Below, in pieces: positions 56,801 to 64,000 of a stretch of 64,000 bases of DNA. The position numbers were made by a program, and so were the translations under genes. The stretch spans positions 76,661-140,660 of the forward strand of contig CAZJDA010000005.1 in the NCBI GenBank assembly GCA_964544705.1. The letters are read 5' to 3'. Numbering within the stretch: the stretch's first letter is position 1; each line of letters begins with the position of its first letter. The notes below the pieces were generated by a model. That model saw nothing but the letters and a program-made list of their open reading frames with translations. It searched no databases and had not been told where the DNA came from. The DNA comes from an uncultured Bacteroidales bacterium (GTDB lineage Bacteria; Bacteroidota; Bacteroidia; Bacteroidales; CAZJDA01).

Positions 56801-57522
56801 AAAAGGGGTGCATGCATTACAGAATGTAGAAAAGCTTCGGGTGTTTGCCCCGAGAATGTACGTCCACTGGCATCGGTAATTGTAAAAGAAACCATAACCG
56901 GTAAAGATATATCGCGGACTTTGAAATAATCTTGAATGGCAAACAATGCTGCTTTACAGTTAAGGGTATCAAAAACCGTTTCAACAAGCAAGATGTCAAC
57001 TCCGCCATCAACAAGGCCTTTGATTTGTTCTGTGTAAGCTTTTACGAGGACATCAAATGTTACATTCCTATATGCCGGACGTTCCACATCAGGCGAAACA
57101 GAGGCAGTTGTACTGGTTGGCCCCATAGAGCCTGCCACAAACCTTGGCTTTGCCGGGTTTTTATTGGTATAGTCTTTTGCTGCTTCTTTTGCTATCTTTG
57201 CCGCATGAACATTCATATTATAGACCTGCCCCTGGATATTATAATCCTCCATTGATATGGCATTAGCATTAAATGTATTGGTCTCTATTATATCGGCTCC
57301 AGCAGATAAAAACTGGTGATGTATTTCGCTTATAATTCCCGGGTTGGTTAAAGATAATATATCATTGTTTCCCTTAAGCTCTGAAGGATGGCCTTTAAAC
57401 TTCTCTCCCCTAAAATCTTCTTCTGCTAACTTATAATTTTGTATCATTGTCCCCATTGCGCCATCAAGAATAAGAATACGTTCATGAAGCAAGTCTTGAA
57501 GAATTTTAAATTTTTTATTCAT
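53836..57522 (-). CDS. metH: Cobalamin-dependent methionine synthase
   Basis: 1228 aa with a Hcy-binding start ILDGAMGT, a pterin-binding module, the B12 motif GDVHDIGKN and a C-terminal activation domain. Confidence 0.95.
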   Translation of the reverse strand: MNKKFKILQDLLHERILILDGAMGTMIQNYKLAEEDFRGEKFKGHPSELKGNNDILSLTNPGIISEIHHQFLSAGADIIETNTFNANAISMEDYNIQGQVYNMNVHAAKIAKEAAKDYTNKNPAKPRFVAGSMGPTSTTASVSPDVERPAYRNVTFDVLVKAYTEQIKGLVDGGVDILLVETVFDTLNCKAALFAIQDYFKVRDISLPVMVSFTITDASGRTFSGQTPEAFLHSVMHAPLFSIGLNCALGAKNLMPYLKRISGKTPFFVSAHPNAGLPDEMGNYNESPEEMAGFIEGFLKNELVNIVGGCCGSTPQHIKSIAEVAKYYHPRVVPDRSKNTILAGLEELELYPESNFINIGERTNMAGSMKFARLIKENNFDEALSIARQQIENGAEIIDVNLDDAMLDSDETMTTFLNHIAAEPSISKVPIMIDSSDWKVIEAGLKCVQGKPLVNSINLKEGEEEFLQKAELLKQYGSAAVVMAFDEKGQAVSYEHKIEVCERAYNLLVNKAGYYPDDIIFDPNILTIATGIEDHNNYAVNFIKATRWIKENLPGAKVSGGISNLSFSFRGNNTVREAMHAIFLYHAVKAGLDMGIVNAGMLQVYDDIEPDLKQLAEDAILNRRKDATERLIAFAEKVKSKGKQQVTQEKWREQSLEQRIEYALVKGITSHIEHDLEEALKQYPEPILIIEEPLMNAMNRVGELFGEGKMFLPQVVKSARVMKRAVSYLHPFIEKGKESTKSSAGKILLATVKGDVHDIGKNITGVVLACNNYEIIDMGVMVPAEKIIKKALEENVDVIGLSGLITPSMDEMVHVAKEMENNGFNIPLVIGGAATSKLHTAVKINPHYNGAVVHVKDASQSIKIINKLLSPEKKNQYINQLQEEYIRISEKYMQEQSEKKYVTINQARRNRLNINWKEQDIKTPKNPGIHKFNNYPLEELAEMIDWTYFFRSWDIHGKYPDIFKDPVHGQEAKKLFEDAQKSLDYIIKNNILEAHGVAGIFPANSKGYDVIVYKDENRDKKLVTFHFLRNQEEKRPGQPNLSLADFIAPLSSEIKDYIGVFACTAGIGVEKEVERLKKQNDDYNALMVQMLSIRMAEALAEIIHYRVRKDIWGFSPNEKFDKEKLLKEEYTGIRPATGYPACPVHKDKVKIFNLVDAEKNTCITLTENYMMKPVASVCGWYFANPRSKYFNVGKISPRQVADFAERSNIDIGKAEQLLKNQVYPSQKV

Positions 57523-57554
57523 GGTTTACCTTTCTTTTTAAATTTAAATAGGTA

Positions 57555-57650
57555 GTGACGCGTCACATTTATTATTGAGAATCTATATTGCTGTAATTGA
57601 GCAAATTGCCAAACAGTTGATGCGTCATTTCTTTGTTGACTTAACAGTAG
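57555..57650 (+). repeat. R3 element, copy b (GTGACGCGTCAC...), inside the metH leader
   Basis: It aligns with 27641-27737 with few mismatches. It sits between the SAM-I aptamer and the metH ATG, antisense to metH. Confidence 0.85.
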
Positions 57651-57771
57651 TTTGTTTACAATTATTAAAAATTTTAATGACATATTAAAACTCGTTTTGC
57701 AAAATAATTACATTTTGCAATGCAACTAAACGAACTGGGGAAACTTAATATAATTGAAGATTAAGCGTTCT

Positions 57772-57866
57772 AATTATAATCCCCATCCGGGTTAGGTATT
57801 GGCACCTTGCTATTGCAGGTTGCCAGAGGTTCGCAGAGCCTAATCTCTCCCCTCTTCTGTATAATC
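57772..57866 (-). promoter_or_regulatory. SAM-I (S-box) riboswitch aptamer upstream of metH-metF
   Basis: Minus-strand sequence is TTATACAGAAGAGGGGAGAGATTAGGCTCTGCGAACCTCTGGCAACCTGCAATAGCAAGGTGCCAATACCTAACCCGGATGGGGATTATAA. It contains the hallmark blocks AGAGGGGAGAGA, GGCAACC and AAGGTGCCAATACC and closes with P1 ATTATA/TATAAT. Confidence 0.75.
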
Positions 57867-58198
57867 AAACACTCTTTTTAGGAAAGAATATTTGAATGAT
57901 ATTGCAAATGTATAAACTTTTTATGAAACACCCAAACTTTATCTTCCAATTTAACATAAAGTATAACCCTTATAAAACAGATAATGAGTGAATTTTCTAC
58001 AATGATTTCTTCAAAAATCATTATAGATTATAATAAAAAGTGTTAGGCACGCTCTTGCTATTTTTATGAAAGCTCCTTTTGTCAATAATACCAATATAAT
58101 ATGACTTTCAAAATTTCATCCTAAACAAGCCACTATATTGATTTTTATCTATTAGGTATTCTCTCTGCTCCTTAAGAATGGGTATTTATGCATTATCT

Positions 58199-58639
58199 CT
58201 ATTCATTAAGGAACAGGGATTCGCACTTTTCTACTTTCTCAATTTTTAGATTGTAGAGGTTCCACTTAAAATCATCGCTTTCCATTTGTTCACCTGTATA
58301 TCCTTCCAAACGGTACAGAAGATCGTTAATACGTCCTACTGCCATTTCTTTTGGAAGAAAGCACATCTCCTTAGTATCAGAATATCCAACTCTTTTCAGT
58401 TTCCAATAATACTCCAGCCCAAATTCAATTTTTACCGGGTAATTATTGGTATTTTTTATTTTTAGGCTGATTACTTTTGGGCTCTCCGGGTCTAATCGCT
58501 TTTCATTTACAAGCTTATAAGAAAATTCTACTCCTTTTGTTTCTTTAAAAGTATTATAGGCCCAAAACTGGGCATTACAATTTATGGAAACAATGGTTAT
58601 AAAAGAGATAGCCAGGGTTTTTATAATAATATTTCGCAT
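58199..58639 (-). CDS. Hypothetical secreted protein
   Basis: 146 aa with an N-terminal signal-like segment (IIKTLAISFITIVSINCNAQ). Confidence 0.45.
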   Translation of the reverse strand: MRNIIIKTLAISFITIVSINCNAQFWAYNTFKETKGVEFSYKLVNEKRLDPESPKVISLKIKNTNNYPVKIEFGLEYYWKLKRVGYSDTKEMCFLPKEMAVGRINDLLYRLEGYTGEQMESDDFKWNLYNLKIEKVEKCESLFLNE

Positions 58640-58739
58640 AGCCTATTTTCTTTTTTGTGCAAGTTTATAAAATTTATTCATTATTTAACACCATTTCCGT
58701 GCTATATTTTTTAAATTTATGGCAGTAAATTCTATACGT

Positions 58740-60965
58740 ATGAAAAAGTTTTTTAAGTTTTTACTCATTCTTTTCATCATTATTATTTTGATAGGCGGGG
58801 CATTCTTTGCTTATATCTATTTTAAGCCTTCAAAGCACCGCGATCCATACACGCTTATTCCACAAGACGCCGTGTATATCATTGAAACCGACAACCTTAC
58901 TAAGGGTTGGGAAGAAATAAATAGCAGTGAAGTATGGCAAAAAATGATGAAAAACGAATATTTTAAAGATCTCAATAAAAGCGCCCAAACTCTTGATTCC
59001 TTAATTGGAAACAGCGAAACCATGAACATGCTTTTTGAAGGAAGAAAATTGATGATCAGTTCGCATATGACATCGGGGGTTGACTATGACTTTCTTTTTG
59101 TTGTAGACTTAAAACAAGCATCAAAACTATCATTTATAACGGATTATATTAGTAATGACATAGTGAATTACTTCGACTATACAATGAACAGAAGTACTTA
59201 TGATGAACAAGAAGTATTTGAATTAACCGGCAATGAAAACGGGGATAAAATATACCTTTCTATTATAGATAACATTTTTGTTGCAACCTTCACCCCCACC
59301 TTGCTTGAAGAATCATTAAAAACCCGGAAAGATTCTGTATGGAAAACCAACGATTATTTCATGAAGGTAGCCAATGAAGCAAGCCCGAGGAAACGTTTTC
59401 ACTTCTATTTTAACTATTCCATGCTTGATAAATACATTCGTTGTTTTATTAAAGAACCTGGCGATATCACTGCGTCATTATCCAAAACCCTAAAATTCTC
59501 TGCCTTTAACTTCCATATGAAAAATAAAAGGCTGCAATTTAATGGAGTTACCAATATCAATGATTCTGTTTCATCTTACATAAAAGCGCTTGCCACATCA
59601 AAACCGGGGAAATTTTCTGCTTATAATATATTAAGCCAAAACACTGCCTTATACACTTCTATGTGTTTTGAAAACTTTGAAGCGCTTAACGATGCTGTAC
59701 TCAAAGAGTATCAAACCCAAGACAGCGCTGAATACAATGATTACAACAAACAATTTACCAGGATCGAGAATTTTTTAAAGATCAACATAAAAGAAGACTT
59801 TTTTAGTTGGATAGGCAATGAAATTGCTTTTGTTAAGATGAAACCCCGCTTGGGATATTCAAATGAAGACAATGCCCTGGCAGTAATCCATACCCATGAC
59901 ATTTCTCTTGCCAAAGAACGTATGGGAAAAATAATGAAAATGGTAAAAAAAAGATCACCCCTCAAGTTTGAAAGCTTAAATTACCTGAACTATGAAATAC
60001 ACCATCTTAAAATAAAGGGATTTTTTAAACTCTTTTTTGGTAAGTTATTTGCACAATTAGAAGGTTCTCATTTTATATTTCTTGAAGATTATGTTGTTTT
60101 TAGCAATAGTGCCGAAAACCTGAAAGAATTATTAGACGATTACACAAGGGGCTATGTTTTGGAGCGTGATGAAAAATTCATGTCTTTTAAAGATAATTTC
60201 AAAAACAAATGCAATGCCATGGTTTTTGTGAATATGCCCAAATTGTATGCCCATATGTATTATTATAGCAACCTTGAAACCAAAAAGTCATTGAAGAAAA
60301 ATAAGAAGCTTATCTTAAGTTTCTCTAGGATTGGTTTACAAATGAATGCTGACGGACAAATGTACAAAACCAATCTCATAAGCGATTTTGATGAAGAAGC
60401 CATGAGAAACGAAGAGGTAGAAAAGTTTGAGAAAGCCACGGTTAATATTTCAAACAAAAAAATTGAATCTTTGGAATTTAGGGAACCTATAGATGATTTA
60501 AAGCTTCCTGCTGACAGTTCCGGTATCATCAAAAGATATTATGAAGATAGCATCCTCAAATTTGAAGGTAGCATTATTAATGGGCTTCCTGAAGGGCTAT
60601 GGAGAACCTATTATAAAAGCGGCAATATCAAAAGCGCTATAAATTTCAAAAACGGCAGTGTAGACGGGATCGTTATTTTCTATTATGATGATGAACAACA
60701 AAGCATCAGCGCTAAGGCCAGGTTTAGGAAGAACAAAATGGTTGGAGTATACAGGGAATACTACCGCAATGGGGTTAGGAAACTACAATTGGAATATGAC
60801 GATGGGGTTGCCGATGGAATTATTGAATTCTATTATCCCAATGGCGTATTAAAAATACAAGGCAGTTACAAAAACGGTTTAAAACACGGGAAATGGCATT
60901 ATTACAATGAAGACGGCGAGCTTTTTAACAAGATCAAATGGAAAAAAGGAGAGAAGAAGGATTGA
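58740..60965 (+). CDS. Membrane-anchored protein with C-terminal MORN-variant (YwqK-like) repeats
   Basis: An N-terminal TM (FKFLLILFIIIILIGGAFFAYIYF), a long uncharacterised region, then repeats GLPEGLWRTYYKSGNIKSAINFKNGSVDG and GLKHGKWHYYNEDGEL. I prefer the ATG at 58740. Confidence 0.6.
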   Translation: MKKFFKFLLILFIIIILIGGAFFAYIYFKPSKHRDPYTLIPQDAVYIIETDNLTKGWEEINSSEVWQKMMKNEYFKDLNKSAQTLDSLIGNSETMNMLFEGRKLMISSHMTSGVDYDFLFVVDLKQASKLSFITDYISNDIVNYFDYTMNRSTYDEQEVFELTGNENGDKIYLSIIDNIFVATFTPTLLEESLKTRKDSVWKTNDYFMKVANEASPRKRFHFYFNYSMLDKYIRCFIKEPGDITASLSKTLKFSAFNFHMKNKRLQFNGVTNINDSVSSYIKALATSKPGKFSAYNILSQNTALYTSMCFENFEALNDAVLKEYQTQDSAEYNDYNKQFTRIENFLKINIKEDFFSWIGNEIAFVKMKPRLGYSNEDNALAVIHTHDISLAKERMGKIMKMVKKRSPLKFESLNYLNYEIHHLKIKGFFKLFFGKLFAQLEGSHFIFLEDYVVFSNSAENLKELLDDYTRGYVLERDEKFMSFKDNFKNKCNAMVFVNMPKLYAHMYYYSNLETKKSLKKNKKLILSFSRIGLQMNADGQMYKTNLISDFDEEAMRNEEVEKFEKATVNISNKKIESLEFREPIDDLKLPADSSGIIKRYYEDSILKFEGSIINGLPEGLWRTYYKSGNIKSAINFKNGSVDGIVIFYYDDEQQSISAKARFRKNKMVGVYREYYRNGVRKLQLEYDDGVADGIIEFYYPNGVLKIQGSYKNGLKHGKWHYYNEDGELFNKIKWKKGEKKD

Positions 60966-61128
60966 AATGAACCCGGGCATCAAAGCTTTTGACTAAGAAA
61001 GCTTCTATTGTAGCCACTGTGAGGCCGACTGAGTGTAGCTAATTTCCTCCCCTGCAACATACTCCACCCGCTTAGGAAAGGAGAAAAATTACAAGCGTCT
61101 GAACAAATGCAACACTATACTATCTTCT

Positions 61129-64000
61129 CTACTTCCCGCCCATGATTTGCTTAGCTTTTTGCATGAATTGGCGTCCTTTCTTTTTCTGCCCTATTTTGGT
61201 ATATGCATAGCCAAGGTTGTGATAACCCTCGGCAAAGTTTTTGTCAACCCTTACGGCCATTTCAAAATTCTTGATAGCTTCCCTGGGATTTTTTAATGCT
61301 AAGTATACCTTTCCTATTTGGTTATAGATTACTGCCGAATGGCCCTGGTAACGTAAAAATTGCCTGTAATTATGAATGGCTGCATTGTATTTTTTATTGG
61401 TAAAATAAATATCTCCCAACAGTGAATACGCTACACTAAGATTTTGCTTATAATCAATAGCTTTTTTAAGCAAGGTTTCGGCTTCATCATGCTCATTTTC
61501 GTTAAAGGCGATCAAACCAAGAAAATAGTAAGCAATAGGATTAGGTTCATAGAGCTCTATTGATTCGTATAAGTACTTTTTGGCTTTTTCAAAATCTCTT
61601 TTCACAAAATAGCACCAACCAATGTTTCTTGGAGCCTCTTCTTCTAATGGATAATATTCAGCGGCCTTCTTAAAATAATAAAGTGCCGAATCAAGTTTTC
61701 TCTTATTAAAGAAATTATAAGCTTTAGGGAAATATTCTTTTTCTCTTTTAACGATAGCGGCTAAAGGTATTCCTCCTGCATCTATAGTATGAATGGTGTT
61801 TTTAGGAGGAAAATAGCCATTCTCTAACAACTGTTTGGGTAATGTCCTGGTAGTCCAAATAGCATAATCCCAATCTCCTTTATTCCATTCAAAAGTTCTG
61901 GCCCATAGTATTTTAATGCTGTCTGTATGCTTTTTAGCGTAATATGACAATGACACGGGTTCATTATTGGTTGCAATTTTTGTGACTTTATCAGTAACCG
62001 GCTCATTTTCAATAAGCCATTCAACAGCTTCCCTGGGCGATTGACACCAATAATCGGTTTCGTATTTTCCGTAAACACCTTTTAACCCGCCAACCAATTC
62101 ATTATAATAGGTATATTGGTAAGGGTGATTCCTAATACTCCATATGGTAGGTTTAATGAGCAGTAATCCCAGTATAATAGCTATTAATACTTTTATGGTT
62201 TTATGATTAACGGCATTGATGACCCAATCCCATCCCAAAACTGCTAAAACAATAGTTGAAGGGTAAATAAAATATACGTGGCGCCAATTGCTATAGAGAT
62301 TAGACTCTTTATAAATGATATAAAACAATGGAAAAAGGGAAATGAATAAAACCATAAGTACCGGGCCGCTCCCATAATTCTTAAACATTTTTTTTATCCC
62401 TACAACCGCCATTGCCAAACCTGCTAATACAAACAACGGTGTGGTGATAAGGATAAATTTAGGTGCATAATACCATGGAAATTCTTTCATATACGTCTTC
62501 ACACCATCAAATAATTCCCAAATATGTACCATAGAAAATTTCTCGAACCTGGACAATGCTATAAATGGGTTCTTGATAGGGTCTTGCAAAGCAAACGGCC
62601 ATAAAATGATCCCAATAATATAAGCAAAAATCCCGATAACAATTATATACTTCAAAAACCTTGGGATAAGTTTTGCTGATTCTTTTAGCTTGTATTTACT
62701 TGTATAAGCGATCCAAAAAATAGCCATAAATAAACCTAAGTAGGCCAAAGTGAGCAATCCTGCTATACGTATGCTAATGGTAAGGCCTATCACAATTGCA
62801 AGGGTGGTAATAAGTTTTGATGATGGCTTTGGCAGTTGCTGAATGAATATAATGATGTAATATGCGCTAATGATGTATAATGCGGCAAAAGGTATATCTT
62901 TTTGATTGTTCATACTGCTTCCAAAAAAGAAGGGAGTAAGAAATATAAATAAAATAGCAAAAAAACCGGTTTTCCAGTTGCCCAGCCTTTTTGCAAGCAA
63001 TCCTGCAAAGAGCATTGCAAAAAACCCAAAAAGCGAGATAATTATATGCCTGGTTTCATAGAGGCCAAATGGTGAGATGTATTTATCAGCTACAACACAA
63101 GTAAGGTTTACCAGTGGGCCGTAATATACCAAGTGGGTGTTGATAAGCTCGCTCATATCAAGGCAGCTTTTATCTTCTCCGCCGGTTTGGAAATAACTCC
63201 ATACCTTTTCAAAATATTCGTGATCTTCGGGTTCATCCCATGTTATGCCATAATCAAAACTCATTATGGGCATAAAAAAGAAGGCAAATATTGCCAAAGA
63301 AAAGAACAAAAGCCGGTATACAGGGTGTTTACCACTCCATGCGGAGACACCAATTTTATGTTCTTTGCAAAAGGTTTGTTGAACAGGTTCTTTCACGAAC
63401 CACTTAAGCCTGATCCTAAAATAGTTGTTAAGTACCGAACCTGTACTAAGTTTAACCGGCTGCTCTTCCAGGTTGCGCAAGTTGGTTTTCTTTATAGGGA
63501 TTTCGTGAAGTTTGGCCTTAAAAGGGATTTCAATCATGATATCTTTAAAGCTACCACTAATACTTGGCAAGAGCTTGTTTGCAATATCTTTGTGCATTAA
63601 GAAGACTCCCTGCCCAATAGTGTCCTTTTTAAATGGCATAGTAAGCCCTGCCAAGAATGCTGCAAATCCTTTAGGGCCTTGTCCTTTCTTTTTGCTTTTT
63701 TTCTGGAGTGAAAATATTTTATCAGCAGATAATCCTTGTTTGTTCTGGTGATACCAGTTGCTTATATGGTTAACATTATTGATTGCTTCGGGGTTAAGGA
63801 TGACATAATATTTGCTGGTTCCCTTTTCCAAGGCTTCTTTATATGGCTGTTTTTGGCTCTTAAAACATTTGATCTTTTCTTCTTCAACAAAACCTGCGAG
63901 TTTTTTATGCTCTTGCAGTTGCTTTATTAATGCTTCATCTTTTGAAGCTACGATAAATTCAACTTCAATTTTTGCCTTTGAATAAAATATAGATATGGTA
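61129..64000 (-). CDS. GT-C (family 39/PMT/ArnT-like) glycosyltransferase fused to C-terminal TPR repeats; the reading frame is still open at the window edge
   Basis: About 11 hydrophobic helices follow a first-loop WDEPED motif. The C-terminus has TPR units (AYYFLGLIAFNENEHDEAETLLKKAI and similar). The track start (TTG, 63831) is arbitrary, because the frame has no stop up to base 64000. The true start is unresolved. Confidence 0.65.
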   Translation of the reverse strand, partial: TISIFYSKAKIEVEFIVASKDEALIKQLQEHKKLAGFVEEEKIKCFKSQKQPYKEALEKGTSKYYVILNPEAINNVNHISNWYHQNKQGLSADKIFSLQKKSKKKGQGPKGFAAFLAGLTMPFKKDTIGQGVFLMHKDIANKLLPSISGSFKDIMIEIPFKAKLHEIPIKKTNLRNLEEQPVKLSTGSVLNNYFRIRLKWFVKEPVQQTFCKEHKIGVSAWSGKHPVYRLLFFSLAIFAFFFMPIMSFDYGITWDEPEDHEYFEKVWSYFQTGGEDKSCLDMSELINTHLVYYGPLVNLTCVVADKYISPFGLYETRHIIISLFGFFAMLFAGLLAKRLGNWKTGFFAILFIFLTPFFFGSSMNNQKDIPFAALYIISAYYIIIFIQQLPKPSSKLITTLAIVIGLTISIRIAGLLTLAYLGLFMAIFWIAYTSKYKLKESAKLIPRFLKYIIVIGIFAYIIGIILWPFALQDPIKNPFIALSRFEKFSMVHIWELFDGVKTYMKEFPWYYAPKFILITTPLFVLAGLAMAVVGIKKMFKNYGSGPVLMVLFISLFPLFYIIYKESNLYSNWRHVYFIYPSTIVLAVLGWDWVINAVNHKTIKVLIAIILGLLLIKPTIWSIRNHPYQYTYYNELVGGLKGVYGKYETDYWCQSPREAVEWLIENEPVTDKVTKIATNNEPVSLSYYAKKHTDSIKILWARTFEWNKGDWDYAIWTTRTLPKQLLENGYFPPKNTIHTIDAGGIPLAAIVKREKEYFPKAYNFFNKRKLDSALYYFKKAAEYYPLEEEAPRNIGWCYFVKRDFEKAKKYLYESIELYEPNPIAYYFLGLIAFNENEHDEAETLLKKAIDYKQNLSVAYSLLGDIYFTNKKYNAAIHNYRQFLRYQGHSAVIYNQIGKVYLALKNPREAIKNFEMAVRVDKNFAEGYHNLGYAYTKIGQKKKGRQFMQKAKQIMGGK

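Noticed and set aside
27641-57650. The two R3 copies as direct-repeat (att-like) boundaries of a 30-kb mobile element.
   Set aside because: The interval contains core genes (metH, metF, sigma factor and two-component genes). No integrase or relaxase is present. The right-hand copy sits inside a riboswitch-controlled leader. A dispersed small element is more parsimonious.

Overview
The window looks like a low-GC, Bacteroidota-like chromosomal segment with about 60 genes. This is judged from lipoprotein/OstA-like/ECF-sigma/TPR-SpoIIE gene content, not from any search. Most of it is housekeeping and signalling: dnaE, trxA, a glnA-type glutamine synthetase, corA, rfbA, metF-metH behind a SAM-I riboswitch, an ECF sigma factor, and several two-component and PAS/GAF sensors.

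Three things stand out.

(1) An AT-rich accessory island of about 11 kb (about 27.6-38.8 kb) abuts tRNA-Cys. Spot counts of single 60-nt lines give about 27-32% GC in the island against about 40% in dnaE/metH. The island carries a WYL regulator and a four-gene operon: a GmrSD-type DUF262+DUF1524 enzyme, a second DUF262 protein, a DEDDh exonuclease and a small PD-(D/E)xK-like protein. It also carries a PLD/HKD nuclease coupled to a 47-aa ORF. Finally it holds a tightly coupled three-gene operon (34208-36659) encoding a C-terminally truncated FtsZ/tubulin-like GTPase domain, a SprT-like HExxH metallopeptidase, and a classical AAA ATPase with an unassignable N-terminal region of about 330 aa. This triad is my best candidate for an undescribed conflict/defence system.

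(2) There are two toxin-antitoxin pairs, HepT/MntA and a RelE/ParE-like pair.

(3) There are several families of hairpin-rich, relatively GC-rich dispersed repeats at 5.9-8.4 kb, 37.6-38.5 kb, 45.3 kb and 48.9 kb. A separate ~96-nt element starting with the palindrome GTGACGCGTCAC occurs upstream of the WYL gene and again between the SAM riboswitch and the metH start codon.

No CRISPR array, rRNA, integrase or transposase was seen. All family calls come from motif recognition by eye; no database search was run.
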